Shown piece after piece: positions 26,213 to 26,436 of a DNA stretch of 26,436 bases. The DNA is from a virus. Taxonomy: Duplodnaviria; Caudoviricetes. The stretch's first letter is position 1. Each line of letters starts with the position of its first letter. Under the pieces are notes generated by a model. It saw nothing but the letters and a program-made list of their open reading frames with translations, searched no databases and had not been told where the DNA came from. Location of the stretch: the IMG/VR virus record IMGVR_UViG_3300049825_000152, positions 1-26,436 of that record. One strand, given 5' to 3'. A program made the translations under genes and the position numbers.

Positions 26213-26278
26213 TTTACTCTCCTATTTAATATTCAAACGCTTCAGGTTAACGATACACGGTTTGCGTGTCATTACTCG

Positions 26279-26436
26279 CTAACCTTGGCTAAAAGGGATG
26301 TCCTCCTCAAAGTCATCAAAGCCTGCTGCTTGTTGCTTTGCCGGTGTACGCGGCTCGTTTTGAACGGGTTTTGCTAATTCACCTTGCGGTTTGCTACCAA
26401 GCATTTTCATCTCGCTGCACACGATTTCAGTTTTGT
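26279..26436 (-). CDS. ssb: Single-stranded DNA-binding protein, 3' end (partial)
   Basis: Manual translation KTEIVCSEMKMLGSK...GFDDFEEDIPFSQG*: end of the OB fold, linker and acidic DIPF tip. Confidence 0.9.
   Translation of the reverse strand, partial: KTEIVCSEMKMLGSKPQGELAKPVQNEPRTPAKQQAAGFDDFEEDIPFSQG

Noticed and set aside
26222-26272. 16-aa ORF MTRKPCIVNLKRLNIK between ssb and the pentapeptide gene
   Set aside because: Too short to support, with weak SD; may be spacer or remnant
1-26436. tRNA, rRNA, integrase, transposase or host genes
   Set aside because: None recognised; temperate versus lytic lifestyle cannot be decided from this window

Overview
A 26.4 kb piece of a tailed dsDNA phage genome, most likely a podovirus of a Gram-negative host. 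The portal is P22-like, ejection-type proteins are present, and there is no tape measure or tail tube. Left end (1-2459, minus strand): small, tightly coupled early-type genes, including a PagP-like outer-membrane beta-barrel. A divergent intergenic region (2460-2885) holds a palindrome, a self-contained promoter/leaderless ORF/terminator unit and tandem Fur-box-like sites. Plus strand (2886-24865): the morphogenesis and lysis arm, with terS, terL, portal, a three-gene fibre-like cassette carrying 12 tandem 22-23 aa repeats, scaffold, major capsid, adaptor, nozzle, ejection proteins (one with a peptidase S74 chaperone), a beta-helix tailspike, an M15 endolysin and holin-like proteins. Right end (minus strand): a hypothetical protein, a pentapeptide-repeat protein and the 3' end of ssb. 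All functional calls come from motif recognition and gene order; no searches were run.
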